From positions 806,001-870,000 of the forward strand of contig JAMWBK010000005.1 in the NCBI GenBank assembly GCA_029953675.1: DNA of 64,000 nucleotides, written 5' to 3'. The position numbers were made by a program, and so were the translations under genes. Each line of letters opens with the position of its first letter. The stretch's first letter is position 1. This document shows, piece after piece, positions 59,133-64,000 of this stretch. This stretch comes from Rhodosorus marinus CCMP1338. Its lineage: Eukaryota > Plantae > Rhodophyta. The notes under the pieces were generated by a model. That model worked only from the letters and a program-made list of their open reading frames with translations. It had not been told where the DNA came from and ran no database searches.

Positions 59133-59725
59133 CTCTACCACTCGTTGTGGACCCTAACTACCTCCAGAAATTGTCTAGGACTGGTTTCTAAAGTAAATAT
59201 ATTCTTTTGTGGAAAAAAGCCGCTCAAACAACATTTCAATTCCACCCGATTCTGCTTTTAACCGGATTCTGATACAGATATCTTCATTCCTCTCCTTTTC
59301 ATAACAGATTCTGGTTCATTAACAGGAATCCTGTACTATCAGGTTCGACTACATAACCAGATTCTTCTTTCAAAACCAGAATCCTTCATGATGGCCGGTT
59401 TTAGGTGACACTTAAAATACATACACAGTAGATCTAAAGTCTAGTTTTTGGAAATAAATTAGCTTAGTATTTATAGCTTTTCACCTAAATGTGGTCGTTT
59501 ACATATTCGTATTTATCAGAAAGCATAATATTTACCAATATCCTCCAGGAAAGTCGTCTTTATCTGTCACTTGCGGGAACTTCGCATCTCGTTTGTGAGA
59601 GGGAAATTGTTTGAATAGGTTTTGTGAGGTGGTAGGTTTGGGCCTAGTTGGGAAGGAAAGTGAGAGGCTAGAAGGAGTAGTTTACTGAGATTTGTTATTG
59701 GGGTTTTATTAGATAGTGAGGAAAT

Positions 59726-60808
59726 ATGGCTCACCAAGTACCATCTGAAACTACAATGGAAGCGGTTGAGCAAGCGAGGATAACGGTGGACGACGTGATG
59801 AAGCGCTTGTCCGCAATGGACAAGAGCGATCCCGCGGCGAGGGGGTACGAGAAAATCATGAAGAAGGCCGACGATGACTTGAAAAAAGCAGAGCTCATGG
59901 TGAAGGAAATGAAAGAGAAGGTGAACGAGACCGGGAAAGCTCCCGCGAGAGCCAAGGAGAGCATCAATCCGTCCTCAGGTTAGTAGCATCTTCAAGACAA
60001 AAAGCATCGTTTTCGCGGCGTGCTATCGGCCTTGGAGACTTCTTACTCAAGTATAACTTGCGATTTCACAGGAATTAAGAGAGCCTTAATGGCCATTCAG
60101 AACGCCCCTAAAACGCCGAGAACCTTGCGCGAAGGAAAGGACGAGAAGGTGCTCATGAAAGCAGGACTTCCCAAGTTTACTACTACAAACACGGGCCTCG
60201 CCATCAGCGTCACTCCAGATGAGGTAGGACTTCGAATAGAGTGCAAAAATGTTTTCATCGCGGGCCTGTGGTTCGTTCCAGTGTCGCAAGGAAATCTTGT
60301 CCCCGAATGCGCGATGGTGTTCGGAGTTGACGAGAAATTCTCCAGATGGCGAACAAGTAAATATCGGGTCTTTGGGATTTTATCTGAAAGGGCTACCGCT
60401 GCAATTCAGTACTTCTGGTCAATGGAATCGCAGGCACAGCAGGCGGTTGAGCAGTTTCTCGTACGAGTTGTCTCCATCCAAGCCTCTTCAGCTGATCTTC
60501 CACACACTTCACTTTTTGCTGATAGCTTTTTTTTTTTTATATCTCCTGTAAAATCTACGTGACAGGAATGGTTGGCACTGCATAAAACAGTGCTCAGCGA
60601 CGTTAGCGCAGAAGACAATCGAAGACTTGCATTCGATGCGTCTAGGGCGATATTCCTACCGCCCTGTGTGCGAGCCTTTGACGGAGACAAGAGACCTCGC
60701 CACCCCCGCGCCTGTGTTCCAGAGCGGCAGGAAAGATCGGAGAGGCTTCAACAAGCTCCGCAAGCGGGCCAACCTCTGCCAGCGCAGCCTAGTGCTGCGC
60801 CGCACTGA
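59726..60808 (+). CDS. MED27: Mediator complex subunit 27; introns 59979-60071 and 60461-60565
   Basis: Both introns join in phase. The C-terminus WRTSKYRVFGILSERATAAIQYF...QFLEWLALHKTV...RRLAFDASRAIFLPP..R...H resembles the MED27 signature (W.xS.Y.VF...A..A..YF; WL.SY..LF; LPP). Confidence 0.72.
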
Positions 60809-61079
60809 AGGTTCGCTCTTCTAGAACAAAGCACTGTAGATCCCATAGAGTGTAAACTGTCGTTTTCAATTACTCTATTTACAAATACCGATTCCTAGCC
60901 TAATACTTGTTATCATTCTGAGGGTAAGGGAAAAAAAAAGGAACTAGAATGTACAGACCTAAAATAAAATCCCCAACCCACATCAGCCCAGCAAAACCAA
61001 ACCAAACAAAATCACAAAAGCTAAACGGGCACTAGACATCGACAAGGGACTTGAAAAACGCACCCTCAAGGAAGAGGCG

Positions 61080-63925
<2,846 letters not shown>

Positions 63926-64000
63926 CTTAAAAGCGTCGCTCTACTGCGCCGCGCACACTACACACGGCCGATAACCAAAACCCCTCGGCCCCACAGAGCA

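Noticed and set aside
59401-59413. SP6 promoter/vector contamination (TTTAGGTGACACT)
   Set aside because: Only 13 nt match, there is no flanking vector or polylinker sequence, and a similar motif occurs at 11696.

Overview
Intron-containing eukaryotic nuclear DNA, most likely from a unicellular red alga. That assignment is an inference from short GT-AG introns (69-138 nt) with CTAAC/CTAAT branch points and MFGFV/MCSVGFV-type transit peptides. The window has three blocks. (1) 1-11.3 kb is gene-dense: hypothetical genes, an IPT/TIG-domain gene, a CBS4-PB1-TPR fusion gene and NDUFA9. (2) 11.7-51.1 kb is a transposon island. It starts with a ~1.9-kb terminal-inverted-repeat (TIR) element with an 8-bp target-site duplication (TSD), carrying two nested LTR elements: a decayed Ty3/gypsy and a gag-only element that keeps a -1 frameshift signal. 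It continues as a ~28-kb nest of at least three families (A, B, C) of CRE-like non-LTR retrotransposons with a restriction-like endonuclease (RLE). The nest includes one near-full-length two-ORF family A copy and a U2 snRNA copy with an internal duplication. (3) 51.8-64 kb is gene-dense again: ChaN-like, TrmB-like, Cid1/TUTase-like, MED27 and gyrB. The most striking signal is the CRE-like system. It shows a conserved 3' hairpin, short tandem-repeat tails, AGTCT at several 3' junctions, insertion next to or into other family members, and 15-29-nt tail-only micro-insertions. All identities were estimated by eye and no database searches were run.
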